This document shows, one piece after another, positions 26,123-43,190 of a stretch of DNA of 64,000 nucleotides; position 1 is the first letter of the stretch, and each line of letters begins with the position of its first letter. Position numbers and translations under genes: made by a program. Origin of the DNA: the human T2T-CHM13v2.0 reference genome, Homo sapiens; NCBI RefSeq assembly GCF_009914755.1, contig NC_060934.1; one strand, 5' to 3'. The notes below the pieces were generated by a model. That model was given only the letters and a program-made list of their open reading frames with translations, was not told where the DNA came from and did no database searches.

Positions 26123-27449
26123 AGGGTTAATGCCCAAACCTCAGCTTGTATACACTTTACCACTAACACTTAAGCATGTTCTCCCCAGCTTTGATTCCAT
26201 TTCCTTTCCATGATGCTCCAAATTGTTACATAGGATAATACTGTAACAAAAACCGAGGATGTGTGTGAAGTCCAGAGGATTATTATCTCCAGAGAATGAT
26301 GCCATGGGGTAGAGGAACGGGAAAGTGGGGAAGTAAGTAGGAAACTCCTATGTGCTGAAGGGAAGGTTATATCACTTACTCTGCAAGTTGTATGGGGAGA
26401 GGCACCCCCCACCAATACAAAATCTGACTTTCTATAGTAAGTTGGTATATAAAAAGGTAGAGACAAAAATAAAGCCCATTTCATAGATGACTCTGACATA
26501 GAGCTTGGGAATCTCTTGGTCAGTTGTGCTAAGTCCCAGTCCATGTTCTTAGACCTGTTGTCCAGCTTGAATTTATACTTCACAGCCTTTGTACTAATCC
26601 CAGGCAATGCAAATACGGTAATCAGAAAGTGCAATGGAAATGATAATTTAAAAAGAGGTGTATTAAATTTAAAAAATAAGTTTATGTACAGCTTAAAATT
26701 GAGCAAGGCATTTTCTTTCTACATATACACTTAAATTCACTCTAATAGCAAATATTTTGTCTAAGAACACTTTTAACCAAAGGCCAAGGTCATTTATTTG
26801 TGACAAATATCCCCAACAAGGAGAGAACTAGAGGGCCCCAATGAATTCAGGCCAGAGACAAGGAAAGCATCACAGATTGAGTCCAATTATGGGGACAGAT
26901 AATTCCAAGAACTAAGGGAGGCACGGAGGCCTAAGGCCTTATTGGCTGACCCTTCCTTGACTTGTCAATCTAATGTGATTTTAATCAGGAGGTCCTAGTT
27001 TAGTCATTACAATGGTATCCAGGGTTTGATCCACTTCCTGATCTATGATGTGGGGCTGGCCCGGACTGGTGTCTCATCTCATTTGCCATCTGGTTTGGAG
27101 CATCATTCTGGGATGTTCAGGAAAGTACCTGCTAGGCTGAGGCTGCCAGAGACTGGCATAGAATGTAATAAAGTTCTTGCCTGATGCACTTTAGTCAATA
27201 TTCGAGAAATTCAGTGTCCAGATGTAGAGAATCTGGCTCTGACAGTCTTGGTAAGTAATATTTGTGACATAACCTTAAAAAGGGAAAAGTACAGTTTGAA
27301 TTCAAACTTCTGCCCTCAAATTACATGTTTAACTCATTTAACATATCCAATTTCCCAATAACATGGACAACAGCATGTAGAAAATGAGGGAAAACTTTCT
27401 TATTATAAGTCAAAAAAATTACCTATATGCCACACACTTTGTGACATAT

Positions 27450-27660
27450 AACATAGTGAACATATGCACGAGTTTTAGCCCCACACTGCCTTGAATTTAA
27501 CACCATCCTCTGACATTTAGTAGCAGTGTGAATGTGGAGGACTATTTGGTATCTCATGCTTCTCATCTGTAAAATCTAGATAGTTGCGTATCTGTCATCA
27601 AAATCTTGGTCACACAGTGCTTTGCATGTAACTATAATTCAATGTATGAAAGCTGGAATT
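27450..27660 (+). mobile_element. MIR
   Basis: CACTGCCTTGAATTTAA...TAGCAGTGTGA...TTCTCATCTGTAAAAT. Confidence 0.55.
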
Positions 27661-28507
27661 AAAAATATTATTATTATAATTATTAGTATTATTAAAGCCA
27701 AAATTAGCGATAGTCAAAGGACACAGAAGAAAAGACTGATCTACTGACTATATGCAAAGGAGAATTTATCAGGCACTATTAAATAAGTAATCGGCCAGAG
27801 AAACTGAGCTGACATCCCCAAGTCAAACAACATGATTTGAAGTAAGAAAGGACCGTCAGCCACGTGGTGAGAAGATCATGATCTTACAGAAGTCTGAATC
27901 AATTGCACTACCTTCTGGGCTTCCCAAGGCAGCTAACACATGTACTGAGCTATGAAGCCACATATGACAAGGGCCGTATAATGAGGCCTCTCATGCCAGT
28001 AGACAAGTGGGTGTGTCATCAGTTTACTGCAGGGGAAACAACAAATTTTTCATATGTGAAATTCTGTGACAAAGACCTGGAGCTTTTTGAGGAGGCTTTT
28101 CCAGGAACTAACTTCTCTATACTTTCCCAAAACAACTGGGTTTCTAATTTAGCCAAGTACAATTTAGATGAGTCTAAACATTGTCCATCTTCCTCCATCA
28201 GGGTTTAAACACAATATAAAAAAACTCATCTCAAGTCTCACTACTGTACTATATTTGTGAATTTGTGTAAATAGTGTTAAAATCACCAGATTTAAGCAAA
28301 GATTCAGGAAAGCAAGATGATTAACATATGTCAGAATAAATCAGCTCAGTTTAAAAAAAAACTATCTTTTTAACCAGAAAAAAAAAATGAGATATTTACA
28401 ACCTTAAAAAGATTTGGAGTATTTTATCTACTAAAAGGAACAAACTGAGGTCAGAAATGATCATTTTGAAATTAAAAATAGTTTCTATATAAAAAATATC
28501 ATTGAGT

Positions 28508-29226
<719 letters not shown>

Positions 29227-29509
29227 ATTGAGTCAGCCACAAATATGTCATTTATAAATGTTCAGAATATGGCTTAGTCACTACCCTGAGAAAAGAACCA
29301 AGTGCTACATTTTTATTAGAACCAAATGCTACATTTCCTGAAATGGATGTTATATTTTTGATACTATTAAGACAGAACTTTCTTCTCTGAAAGGACCACA
29401 TTGAGGTGAGCAGGCTCTTACACATTTTCCTCTTCAATAGGTCAAAATTTTCTCCTGAAGATGGTATTATAAAGTACAGGAAAATGGGAGGCCCATTAAA
29501 TATCTTTGT

Positions 29510-29812
29510 GTCAGGCACGGTGGCTGACGCCTGTAATCCCAGCACTTTGGGAGGCCAAGGCAGGTGGATCCCTTGAGGTCAGTACTTCGAGACCAGCCTA
29601 GCCAACATAGTGAAACCCCATCCCTACCAAAAATACAAAAAAATAGCTGGGCATGGTGGCGGGTGCCTGTAATCCCCAGCTACTCAGGGGGCTGAGGCAG
29701 GAGAATCGCTTGAAGCTGGGAGGTAGATTGAATTGAGCCGAGATCACACCACTGCACTCTAGCCTGGGCAACAGAGTGAGACTCTGTCTCAAAAGAAACA
29801 AACAAACAAGCA
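29510..29812 (+). mobile_element. AluS
   Basis: Full Alu body with (AAAC)n tail; TSD-like AAATATCTT / AAACATCTT. Confidence 0.93.
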
Positions 29813-30155
29813 AACATCTTAGGGCCTCAGTTTATCCAGACTGAGGGCCCTTGAAATCAATTAGAATAAATCCTTAGTGAAAGAAATGTGCTTGGTAAAT
29901 AAACATCTTTAAACATTAAATCCAGCTCGTCTTGGCTGGAGCACACTTGGCTGAATGTTACATGGCAGACGTAAGTGAGGGATCCTCCTTTTTGCACTTG
30001 AAGAAAAACTGCAGCCTTGGCAGAAGAAGGCAATGGCATTAGCCATGGCAGAGACAAGAACCAAGATCCAGCCAGGACATACCATATACTTCAGGCCATA
30101 CTAGCACTGAAATGATTTTGTGAATGTCCCCTTCACACTGTCCTAATGTCAGGTC

Positions 30156-30264
30156 GGGGTGACCATATAATTTGCTATTCAAACTGGGGTTATTTTGAAA
30201 GTGTAACGAGAAACATGGGGGAACTAGGACTGTCCCAATTATACCGGGACTTCCAAATACCCTA
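30156..30264 (+). mobile_element. MER94/MER81-like hAT-Blackjack MITE
   Basis: GGGGTGACCATATAATTTG...CAAACTGGG...GGACTGTCCC...ACCGGGAC...ACCCTA termini. Confidence 0.7.
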
Positions 30265-31142
30265 ACTTGTAGCAGAGTATTGTAAATGATGAAAGATTTT
30301 TGCCTCTGGGGCTGACAGAATTAACCTCTCTCAGCCTGAAAGGAGGAATCCTTTAAGGTTAGCACCCTGGTCTTCAATGCAGATTCCAGGGCTATGGTAG
30401 CTCATTCTTCATGAGCAATTTCAACCTAAAAGTAGCGAATTGCAGCCTCAGAAGTGAAACACTGTGCGAGGTAGAATAACCGGAGAAAGTAAAATGTCCT
30501 CGATAATCAGGCCATATGAAGGCTAATGGAGCATTGCTGAGCAGCCTCCATTCTGAGGTCAAACTTGGACCTCCCAGTGGGAAATAGGCAAGGAGTTCCT
30601 AAAGAAGTTAGAGAAAAGCAAAAGGCCATATATTCCCCCCTCAAACACCTCTCATGCTGGAAACTGGAAGAAAAACAATACACAAGAAAGGAACTCAAGA
30701 AAAATATTTGTGTGTGTGTGTATGTGTGTGTGTACATATGTGTATAGGGACTTTTGTGAGACATGGGTACAAATCTACAATGAAAGACCTAAGAGAATAA
30801 AGTGATTCTAGAATTCAGAGGGAGAATTCCACAGTTTTGAAAGAGTGTTTATAAAGAAAAAGAGTAAGTTGGGCTTTGATGGAGGGGTAGCAATTGGGGA
30901 ATTGTAGGCCATTCCATGTGCTAAACACAACAGAAGCAAGAAGGCCAAAGACTGACTTTGCGGAAGGTTGAATTTCATCTATATACAGAAAAAGCTACAG
31001 AGAGGTTCGAAAGGTCACTATGACAGGTGCTGTCACTTTTGGCTGGTACATCAGTCAAACAGACCCTTCCAGACTTCTGTGGCTCCATAACCTGTGTGTC
31101 GACACAGTGAGAAAGTATCATCTAAAGGTCTCACCTATAACA

Positions 31143-31433
31143 TTTTTTTTTTTGAGACAGAGTCTGGCTCTGTCACCCAGGCTGGAGTGCAGTGGCCCAA
31201 TCTCGGCTTACTGCAAGCTCTGCCTCCTGGGTTCATGCCATTCTCCTGCCTCACCTCCTGAGTAGCTGGGACTACATGTGCCCACCACCACACCCAGCTA
31301 ATTTTTTGTATTTTTAGTAGAGATGAGGTTTCACCGTGTTAGCCAGGATGGTCTTGATCTCCTGACCTTGTTATCCGCCCGCCTCGGCCTCTCAAAGTGC
31401 TGGGATTACAGGCATGAGCCACCACGCCCAGCC
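31143..31433 (-). mobile_element. AluY
   Basis: CTGCAAGCTCTGCC, TTCATGCCATTCTCC, CACCGTGTTAGCCAGGATGG; TSD TAACATT. Confidence 0.95.
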
Positions 31434-31759
31434 GTAACATTGTTTAATACAAAGTGGTAGACTGCTTACTTTCTGTTAAAGGGATTGGCTGGTAGTGTGA
31501 ACAATCACTCTCATTAATAGAATATATTACCAAAATAGAAGGCCTCAAGACACACCAGAAATAGTAAAAGTACTTGGGATATAGTTTAACCAAATAAAGA
31601 TTCATGTTCTTAGGCAGAGAAATTACATTTCAAGACATTTTTTGACAAGAGAAAAGGACCCCTGAGGTTGCAGAATTGAGCCTCCGCTTGTATTATAATG
31701 TGTTGTATCATGTCAATAACGATACCAGCCATACCTTCCCATCCTGTTTATTCTTCTCA

Positions 31760-32160
31760 CCATGGGCAGAGTTTGAGGGGTCTCAGGACCTAAGTCCAGC
31801 CAATCAGAACCTCTCTCAGGACTTTTATTTCAAAACTACCAAGGAATAGTTTTTGTCCCTCATTAGAGGTTCATAGTACTATAAGCTTATAAATTTAAGT
31901 CTGCCATGAGACACCCACCCCAATTCCATGGAGGAAGCTTCTTTGTAGTAGGAAAAAGTGAGTTCAACATGAAAAGATAAGCAGAGATGAAAGATGGGTG
32001 GAGAGAAGAAAATAACCCTTTGTTTTTCCCCTTGAGATCCCATTTCCTGCCTTTTTGTCCTTAATTCTCTGAGCTATTCCAGTTGCTTTCCAAATTATGT
32101 GGGCCAATGCATCTCTTTTGTTCTTAACCTAACTTAATTTGGGTTTCAACCACTTACACA
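31760..32160 (+). mobile_element. Old ERVL/MaLR LTR (LTR33/MLT1-type)
   Basis: GACCTAAGTCCAGCCAATCAGA ... GGGCCAAT...CTTAACCTAACTTAATTTGGGTTTC...CACTTACA 3' end. Confidence 0.5.
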
Positions 32161-33225
32161 TAAGTGCCTTGAAAAATACAAAAATTTATTTCATGAGACT
32201 CTGGATTTGGAGAACGTGCAGACTCTGGGATGATCATTGAAAGGACGTAGAAGATCTTCTAGGTCATCTGCAGGAACTTCTAGCTGGACAATTATAAAAT
32301 AAAGAAGAGGATATGGACTGCCAGCTGCAGAATTATGAAACTGTGGCTCCTTGCTGTTTCATATTTGCCATGGAGAACTGCAGAGCAGCTGGGAAGTGGA
32401 AGAAACCAGACAGAAATCCAGAGTCCAATATACTCCAGCACTACCAATTTCATCCCTGCTGCTGGTTCAGCTGCTCCTATCTCCAAAGAAAATTAAGGAC
32501 CACGACCACACTGAAAATCTGCCTTTCTCTATTCTTCCTGTGTTCTAGGATGCAAAGGACTCCATATTTACAGAGATCTTAGCACAAATTGTTAATGGTT
32601 TTATTGGTGGAATAGTCAGAGAAGTGGATAAGGCTTCTCCTCTATAGTCTAGCTAGACCTTTTACCTACATAAATGTTGATCTTCTCAGCAAGAATTAGC
32701 CTTTGATACTGTCTACAGGCTCTACAAAAAGCTTCCTTTGCACTCTACTTTTCTTACGTAAAACAAAAGTTTATTTTTGATCTGCAGCCACAGTTATAGA
32801 AAGAAACAAGGAAGACCCTTTGTGACAGACTCCATAATCTCTCAATACCTCAAGTGCTTCTGAAATGGTAGTCTCCACTTGCATTGTAGAACTTCAAACC
32901 GAGCTGGACTCATCTGGACTTTTTCTGGCCTCTTCACCAAGCCTTATCTAAGGCTATATTTACTGAAAATGATGCCCCTTTGTATTACTGTGGAACTCTG
33001 GATGGTGGGATGAAGAAACTGATAGAATAAAGGTAATCAGCTGTTTTATCAAACAAGATTTGAGCAAGTAGACCTAATGACAGACAGTGGCTGCAGTGAT
33101 ATCCACAGTTCTGAAAGCATTATCATTGAGCTGTGTGTGGGAGAAATGTGTAGATAATGCTGAACTTTGATTCTTAGCTTCACTTGGCTGGAAGTCATTG
33201 GTCCTGCCATCTCCTAAAGAACTTC

Positions 33226-33237
33226 TGTTTTGTTTTG

Positions 33238-33268
<31 letters not shown>

Positions 33269-33562
33269 TGTTTTGAGACAGGGTCTCACTCTGTTACCCA
33301 GGTTGGAGTGCAGCAGCATGAACTCGGCTCACTGCAATCTCCACTTCCCAGGCTCAAGCAATTCTCCAGCCTCTGCCTCCTGAGTAGCTGGGACTACAAA
33401 TGCAAGCAAGCCACCAACACCCGGCTAATTTTTGTATTTATTTGTAAAGATGAGGTTTTACCATGTTGCCCAGGCTGGTCTTGAAGTCCTGAGCTCAAAG
33501 CAATCCGCCCGCCTCAGCCTCCCAAAGTACTAGGATTACAGGCGTTAGCCACTGCACCCGGC
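33226..33562 (-). mobile_element. AluJ with (TTTTG)n/(TTTTTG)n tail
   Basis: GAGACAGGGTCTCACTCTG, GGCTCAAGCAAT, CCTGAGCTCAA are J diagnostics; microsatellite tail at 33226-33274. Confidence 0.93.
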
Positions 33563-36500
33563 TTGCTTACTTCTGATTTCTGCTACTCTTGTTCCCTAAG
33601 TCATTTGCCAAATTCCATCCTTTGGCCTATCCTGCAGCTTGGAATTCTACCCAAAGACATTTGTAATGGATATATGCTTCAGATATGAAACTGACTTTAT
33701 GTCACTACCACAGCAAGCCCAAATACATAATCTATCTGGTCCAGGCAAAGGATGCCTCCCCTATACCCAAGACAAGCTTAAAACTCTTTATCGAGATATT
33801 AAACCTACTTGAAGTAAAGAACTCCATTTTTTTTCTCTGAGGCCAACTGAGCATTTCACATAGATAGAAGATAAGGAAACTTTTTCTTTACATCGTGATC
33901 TCCTCTGACAACTCTGTGAGGACCATATACTTAGAAAATTGGACTATTAGGATGACTACAACTCTCTGTAATCAGGAAGGTGTGAGAAATGGCAAATAAA
34001 AATTGATCACCTGAAATGGGGGAATGGAGAGATTCATTTTGACATGTGCATTGCCCCAGTTCTCTTGTGGGGCTTGATAAGGCATTTCCCGATGACCCCC
34101 TTGATGACCTGAATGACTGCAATGGGGCACTCTCTCTCAGTTCAACAGTCTCCCAAGACATCCTGAAGTAGGATGCATGCTTGAGACTCCAAAGTGGAAT
34201 TTCTAAACTTTCCTTTTTCTAATCAAATGGTCTATATGGCTCAAGTTCTAGAGAAAAAAAAAAAAAAAAACACCAACTCTGGACAAAGTTAACTAGTGAT
34301 TTTCAACTTATTATCAGTGGCTCAGTTTTATGCCTTCAAAGGCCTGATAATGAGATTGAATTTTGTGTCAGGGTCTTAGAGACCATAAGCAGCAGTGAAA
34401 ACAAAATTTTATCTCTACACCAACCTTGGCTTATCCAAACTCAGGCCAACATCCCCAAAATGAGACTTGAAGCTATAGCACATCCAGAGGGAGCCATCTT
34501 ATTACAGAAGATCTGTAGTTCTTAAAAAAATATATCAAAGCCTCTTTCAGCTCTGGTTCTACATATAAGGAGCTTGAGAGTTGCCATTGTATTTTAATAA
34601 CAAGTAAAAAGCCAAACTGACTAAAAAATCAAACTCTTCTTGGATCTGTAAAAGGAATGAGGACACAGGGCAAATGGCCACTCTCAAGACTGAAGAAACA
34701 AACAGGAAAATACAGGAAATCAGAGCTTACCAAAGCAGAGGCCCACAAGTGGAAACCACCACAGGAAGGAAAAGCTGAACTGTAATTCATGAATCTCAGT
34801 GCAGACAAACCTGAGAGTTAAAAACCCTAGGGGGATCCAGGCACAGACGGCCCCCCACAATATTGTGAAATATACCACCAAGAGCTTGACAATGTTCTCA
34901 CAGTAAACATCAGGGAACAGTCGTCTTGTGCTTCCACAGAGGAAGGAGAAAAAGAATCTTTTTGAAATATGCCAAAATATTGTTTCTTAACAAGTCCTGT
35001 GCTGTCAGGAAAAACTAGTTAACTAGAGCCTATCCTACTGGGGTAGTATCAAAGCCTAACAGACCAGGGGACAGAAATATCAAATTCCGGTAACTTTTAG
35101 ACTTCCATGTGTGAGAAAGGAGCTACTCAACTCCAGCCCACTCTAGTCATTCTGTCCCACCTAAAGAAGTAGAAAAAAAAAAAAAAAGCTGAGAAACACT
35201 TCTGAAGTTCACAGTCCAGAGACACAGGCTTACTAAAACACTAAGACCTAATCCTAGAACTAGAGAATGCTTCCCTTCCCCCCACACCCTACCACCACAT
35301 TACTAAAGGCCTATTTAGGGCAATTCCTTTTACCTGTTAGGTTACATCCAACTATCAGGAAAAAAAATACAAGGAATACCAAAAGACAAAGAACACAATT
35401 TAAAGAGACATAGGAAGCATCAGATCCAGACATGACAGGGGTATTGGAATTATTATACTGGATATTTAAAACAATTATGATCAGTATACTAAAGGCACTA
35501 AGGGATAAAGCAGACAGCATGCAAGAACAGATTAGCAATGTAAACAGAGAGATGGACATCCTGAGAAAGAACTGAAAAGAAATGCTAGAGATAAAAAACA
35601 CTGTGACAGAAATAGAGAATGCCTTTGATGGGCTCATTAACAGACTGAACACAGCTGAGGAAGGAATCTCTGATCTTGAGGATATTTCAATAAAAACCTC
35701 AAAAACTGAAAAGCAAAGAGAACAAAGACAGAGAGAAACAGAACAGAATATCCAAGGACTGAGCAGCAACTACAAAAGGTGAGACTTATATTTAATGGGA
35801 ATACCAGAAGAAGAAGAAAAAGAGAAAGAAACAAGAAATATTTGAAATGTAGAATTCCGTACCCTGCAAAATTATCCTTCACAAGTGAAAGAGCAATAAA
35901 GACTTCCTCAGACAAACAAAAATTGAGGAAATTATTGACAGTAGATCTGCTTTGTAAGAAATGTTAAAATAAGTTCTTTAGAGGTAAGGAAAATAATATA
36001 GGCCAGAAACTGAGATATACAGAAAGGAAAGAAGAACTTCAAGAATGGACTAAGTGATGATAAAATGAAACTTTTTCTTAATTGACCAAAGAGATAACAT
36101 TTTTTTCAAAATAATAGCAACAATGTATTTGATTATGTATGCTTATGTGCATAGCACATATACATATAACAGATATGTGTTATATGCATGTTAATGCATA
36201 TATATACGTATGTGTATATATATGTGTGTATATATATGCTTTTCATGCTTCATATAAGTGAGATGAATAAGAGCAATGAAAGAAAAGATGGGAGGGAAGA
36301 ATTAGGTTTTTAAAATTATTATTATTATAGTCTCGCACTACCTGTGAAATGGCATAGTGTTATTTGAAAATACATTTGGATTCATTGAAAATATATATTG
36401 TAAACTTTAGGGCAACCACTAGAAAAAGAAAAAAAGCAATATAACTGATATGCTAACAAAGGAGAAGAAATGGAAACACATAGAATGCCAACTAAAACTA

Positions 36501-38717
36501 CAAAAGGTGGAAAAGGATCAGAAGACAAAAAAAGGAACAAAGAACAAGGACAACAAATAGAAAACAGTACCAAGGATGGCAGACATTAATTCAACTATAT
36601 CAATAATCACTTTGAATGTCAATGGTCTAAATGCACTATTTAACAGACAGAGTTTGTCAGAATGAATTAACAAATAAGGCCCACTTATGTTATCTACAAG
36701 AAACCCTGTTTATATAAAATTACATATAGATTAAAAGTAAATGGAAAAAATACATACCATGTTAACATTAATGAAAAGAAAGCTGGAATATCTATATTTC
36801 AGACAGAGGAGACTTCAAAGTATGAAAAGTTATCAAAGATAAAGAAAGGCATTACATAATGATAAAGGGGTCAGCATTCCAGGAAGACATAATAATTCTT
36901 AATATGTATGCACCTAACAACAGAGCATTAAACTTCATAAAGAAAAAAATCATAAAACTGTAAGAAGAAATAGATCAATCAACTATCACAGAGACTTTAA
37001 GACCCTTTCATCAGAAACAGACAGATACAGGAAGCAGAAGTTCAGAAAGAGCATAGTTGAACTCAACAGCATCATCAACCAACTAGATATAATCAAATTC
37101 TATAGAATACTTTATCAAATAACAGCAGGAAACACATTCTTCTCAAACTTATATGGAACATTTACCAAAATAAGACCACATTCAGGGCCATAAAACACAT
37201 CTTGACAAATATAAAAAAGATAGAAATAATACAATGTCTGTTCTCAGATTACAGTGTAGTTAGACTAAAAATATCAGTAACAGAAAGATAACTGAAATAT
37301 CCCAAAATACGTGGTAATTAGACAATATACTTCTAAATAACATGTGGGTCAAAAAATAAATCTCAAATATTTAAAAATTTTGAACTAAGTGAAAATGGGT
37401 ATACAGCTTACCAAAATTTGTAGAATGCAGCAAGACCCATGCTTAGAAGAAAATTTATAGTATTAAATGCATATATTAGAAAAGAAGAAAAATCCAAAAT
37501 CAACAATCCAGGGTTCCCCCTTAGGAAACTAAAATAATAAGAACAAATTAAACCCAAAATAAGCAGAAGAAAAGGAATAATAAGAATTAGAACAGAAACC
37601 AATGAAATTGAAAATAGGAAATCAATAGAGAAAATTAACAAAACCAAAAGCCCATTCTCTGAAATGATAAATAAAATTCATAAATCTCTATCCAGGCTAA
37701 CTTAAGAGAGAGAGAGATGGAGAGAACACAAGTTACCAATATCAGACATGCAGGAAGGGACATTACTACAGATCCTACAGACATACAGAGCTAATAAAAC
37801 ACTATGAACAATTTTATGCTCACAAATTTTATAATCTAGATGAAATGGACCAATTCCTTGAAAGACAATTTTTAAAAACTCACACAATACTAAATAGACA
37901 ATCTAAGTAAGCTTATGTCTCTTAAAGGAATTTAATAAATAATTAATAATCTTTATAACAGAAAGAACCATGCCGAAAGTGGCTCAGTGGTGAAGTCTAC
38001 CAAACATTTATGAAAAATAAATATCAATTTTCTACAATCTCTTTCATAGGAGCAGAGGGAATAATTCCTATCTCATTATATGAATTCAGCATTACCCTAC
38101 TGCTAAAACTAGACAAAGACATTACAAGAAAACTACAGATTAATAATATCTCTCATACACATAGGTACAAAAATTGTCACCAATATATTAACAAATAGTA
38201 TTCAATAATATACAAAAATAATTATACACCACAAATTAAAGGTGTTTATCCCGGGTATGCAAGGCTGGTTCAATATTCTAAAATCAATTAATGTAATTAT
38301 CATATTAATTAAAAAATTACATGATCAGTAGATGCAATATCAGTAGATGCAGGAAAAGCATCAGACAAAATTCAATACCCTTCCATGATTTCTTTAAAAA
38401 GTGTGGGGGAGAAGGGGTGAGTCAAATAGGAGTACAGGAGACCCTCCCTAACTTGATAAGGAATATCTACAAAAATCTTACAGCCAACATTGTATTTAAT
38501 GGCAAGAAATTTGAAGCTTTCTCACTAAGAATGGGACCAAGGCAAGGATGCTTCCTCTTACCACTCATTTTCAGCATTCTACTAGATGTTGTGGCCAATG
38601 TAATAAACCAAGAAAAATAAAATGAAAAACACACTGATTGAGAAGGAAAAAATAAAACTGTCTTTTTTAGCAGATAACAGAATCATCTATGTAGAAAACC
38701 TAAAAGATACAAGGTTA

Positions 38718-38951
<234 letters not shown>

Positions 38952-39184
38952 TTAAATTAGCATCTTCAAAAATGAAAACTTAGGTATAAGATGTACAAGA
39001 TCTATATGAGTAAACCTACACAACTTCAATAAATAAAATCAAAGAACTAAACAAATGGAGAGATATACTATGTTAATAAGAAGACTCAATAATGTCAAGA
39101 GGTTAGTTCTTCCCAACTTGATCAATAGATTCAATGAAATCCCAACAAGTTATTTTGTGGATATGGATAAATATTTTAAAATTT

Positions 39185-39485
<301 letters not shown>

Positions 39486-40823
39486 TTATATGAAGAAGCA
39501 AAAGATTCAGAATAGCCAAGACAGTATTAAACTATATTAAAGGAGAAGAACAAAGTTAGAAGACTGACACTACTGACTTTAAGATTTACTACAAAGCTGA
39601 AGTAATCAAGATAGTGTAGTACTGGCAAATGAATAGACAAATAGATAAATGGAACAGAACAGAAAGCACAGAGATAGGCCCAAATAAATGTAGTCCATTG
39701 GTCTTTGACAAGCAAAGGCAATACAAGGGAGAAAAGAGTCTTTTCAACAAATGGCACTAGAAAACTGGATATCCACAAGCAAAAGGATGAATCTAGACAC
39801 CATCCTTCCAACCCTTCACAAAAAGTAACCCATAATGGACTACAGACCTAATTTAAAATTAAAACTGATAAAACTCCTAAAAGATAACAGGAGAAAACCT
39901 AGATGACATCGGATATGGAAATAACATTTTAGGTACAACACCAAAGGCATGATCCATGAAAAAAAAATTAATAAGATAAACTTCATTAAAAGTTAAATAT
40001 TGTTCTCTGTGAAAGATACTATCAAAAAAATGAAAAGACAAACCACAGACTGGGAGAAAATATTATGAAAAGACACATCCAATAAAGGACTATTATACAC
40101 AATTTACAAAGAAATCTTAAAAACTCAAAAATAAGAAAACGAATACCCTGATTAAAAAAATGGACAAAATAACAGGCACCTCACCAAATAATATGATACA
40201 CAAATAGCAAATAAGCATATGAAACTATGTTCCACATTATATAGCACCAGGGAAGTGCAAACGAAAACAACAATGAGCTATCACTCTATACCTTCAGAAG
40301 GTCAGCATCTGAAACACTGACAACAAATGCTGACATGGATGTGGAGCAACAGGAACTCTCAGTCATTGCTGGTGGAAATGCAAAATGGTACAGCCATTTC
40401 AGAAGACAATTTGGTGGTTTTTTACAAAACTAAACATAAACATATTCTTACCATATAATCCAGCAGCCATGCTCATTGATATTTAATCAAAGGAATTGAA
40501 AACTTATGTTCATCCTAAAACTTGCACATGGACGTTTAAAGCAACTTTATTTATAATTGCCAAAACAAGCAACTGAGATGTTCTTTAGTAGGTGAATGGA
40601 TATATAAACTGTGGTACATCCAAACAACAAAACATTATTCAGTGCTTAAAAAAAAGAAACAAACAAGGAAAAAATGTATATATCAAGCTATGAAAAGACC
40701 TGGAGGGACCTTAAAAGCATATTACTAAGTAAGATAATCCAATCTGAAAAGGCTATGAACTATATGATTCCAACAATAAGACATTCTGGAAAAGGCCAAA
40801 CTATGGAGACAGTAAAAAGATCA

Positions 40824-41263
<440 letters not shown>

Positions 41264-41624
41264 TTACTCAAACCCGTAGAATGAACACCACCAACAGTGA
41301 GTAAAGTATGGACTCTGGGTGATTATAATATGTCAATGTAGGTTCATCAATAGTAACAAACGTACCACCCTAGTGGGTGATGTTGATAATTAAGGAGACT
41401 GTGGATAAGTCAGGGCAGGAGATATATGGGAAATCTCTCTAGCATTCTCTTATTTTTAATTTTGATTTTGCTGTGAACCTAAAATTTCTCTAAAAATTAG
41501 TCTTTAAATTGTTAAATTACATATATATTTTATACAAGTTATATAATATATATTATATTTTTAATATATTATATTTTTATATATTATATACATATAAGTG
41601 CACACACACACACATAAAGCAAAG

Positions 41625-43190
41625 GCTCTACAAATAGCTAAAACAATCTTGAAAATGAATAAAGTGGAATAATGCACTCTACCTAATTGTAATTTAGCTA
41701 CAGTAAACAAGGTGGAGTGCTATTGGTGAAAGAGTAGACATATAGATCAATGGAACCAAATAGAAAACTCAGAATTAGACCCCTGTAAATATTACCACCT
41801 TATTTTTATAAAAATGAAAAAATCAGCAGAGGAAAGGTGGCCTTTATAACAAACAATGCTGGAGTAATTGGGCAATGATGACCAAAAAACAACAAAGAAA
41901 CACCTTAACCAAAACCTCACACATTATTCAAAATTTTTCTCAAAATGGATCATTAACTTATATGTAAAATATTTTAAAATGTAAAACTATAAATCTCTTA
42001 GAGAAAAGCACAGAGGAAATTCTTCAGAATATATGGCACAGCAAAGAGTTTCCAGTTTTGACACACAAGAAAAGATCATTAAAAATAAAAATTTATAAAT
42101 TAGATCTCATTAAAAACTTCTGTTATGCAAAATATCCTGCTGAAAGGAATGAAAAATAAGCTATTGACTGGGAAAAAAGATATTTGCAAGCCACTAGTAA
42201 AAGATGTCTAGTATTAAGAAGATACATAAAACTCTCAAAAGTCAACAATAGAAAACAAACAGTCCAATTAGAATGTAAGCAAAATACACTCAGACATTTC
42301 AACAAAAAGTATATAGAGATAGCAATAATTAAATGGAAAGATATTTAAGATAATTAACCATCAGAGAAATGCGCATCACAACCATGATGAAGTATCACTG
42401 CACACGTATCAAAATGGCTAAAATAAAAAATAATGATCCCAGGAAATGCTGGCAAAGCTTCAAAGAAACTGGATCACTTACACATTGCTGATTAGAATGG
42501 AAAATAGTTCACTGTCTCTTACTGTGCTAAACATGCAACTACCTACAACTCAGCAATTGTACTCCTGAAGACGTGAAGGTATATGTTTATGCATTGCTGG
42601 TGGAATTGCAAAACCTTTAAGACACTCTAAAAAAGTTTGGTCATTTCTTTAAAAAGTAAACAAGCAATGACTATGTGACCCAGCAATTGACCTCTTGGTC
42701 ATTTATGCTAGGGAGATGAAAACTTATGTTTACATAAAAACTTATGCATGAATATTCATAACAGCTTTATTTGTATTAGCCCAAACTGGAAACCACCTAA
42801 CTATACTTCAATGGGTGAATGGTTAAGCCAATTCTAGCACATCCACCGCATGGACTACTCATCAGCAATAGAAGAAAGCACCCTGCAGAGTTCACGTAAC
42901 TTGAGTGAATCCCCAGAGAGTTAGGCAATGGAAAGAAAGTAAATTCCAAAAGTTATAGATTATATGAGTCTATTTATATAAAAATGTTAAAATAGTAACA
43001 TTTTAGAAATAGAGAAAAGATTGTAGCTTGTCAGGAATTAGGGAAGGGAGTGGAGAAGGTGGGAGAGGGAAGGTAGATAATGGCTACAAAAGGGCAACAG
43101 ATGGGATCCTTGTGGTGATGGAACTATTCTGTATCTTAACTCTGATGCCGAATACAGCACACCTATCTACATGATGAAATTGTATATGAG
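41625..43190 (+). mobile_element. Older L1M (L1MD/L1MC3-like) ORF2 3' portion and 3'UTR
   Basis: AATAGCTAAAACAATCTTGAAAA...AGATCAATGGAACC...; 3'UTR AAAGGGCAACAGATGGGATCCTTGTGGTGATGGAACT. Confidence 0.8.

Noticed and set aside
26170-26706. 178-aa minus-strand ORF in non-repeat sequence
   Set aside because: Non-ATG start, no recognisable motif and no convincing flanking splice sites; compatible with chance.
35311-38620. ORFs with L1 ORF1/ORF2 similarity and their antisense counterparts
   Set aside because: Short relics of the decayed L1MC with many stops and frameshifts; not functional CDS.
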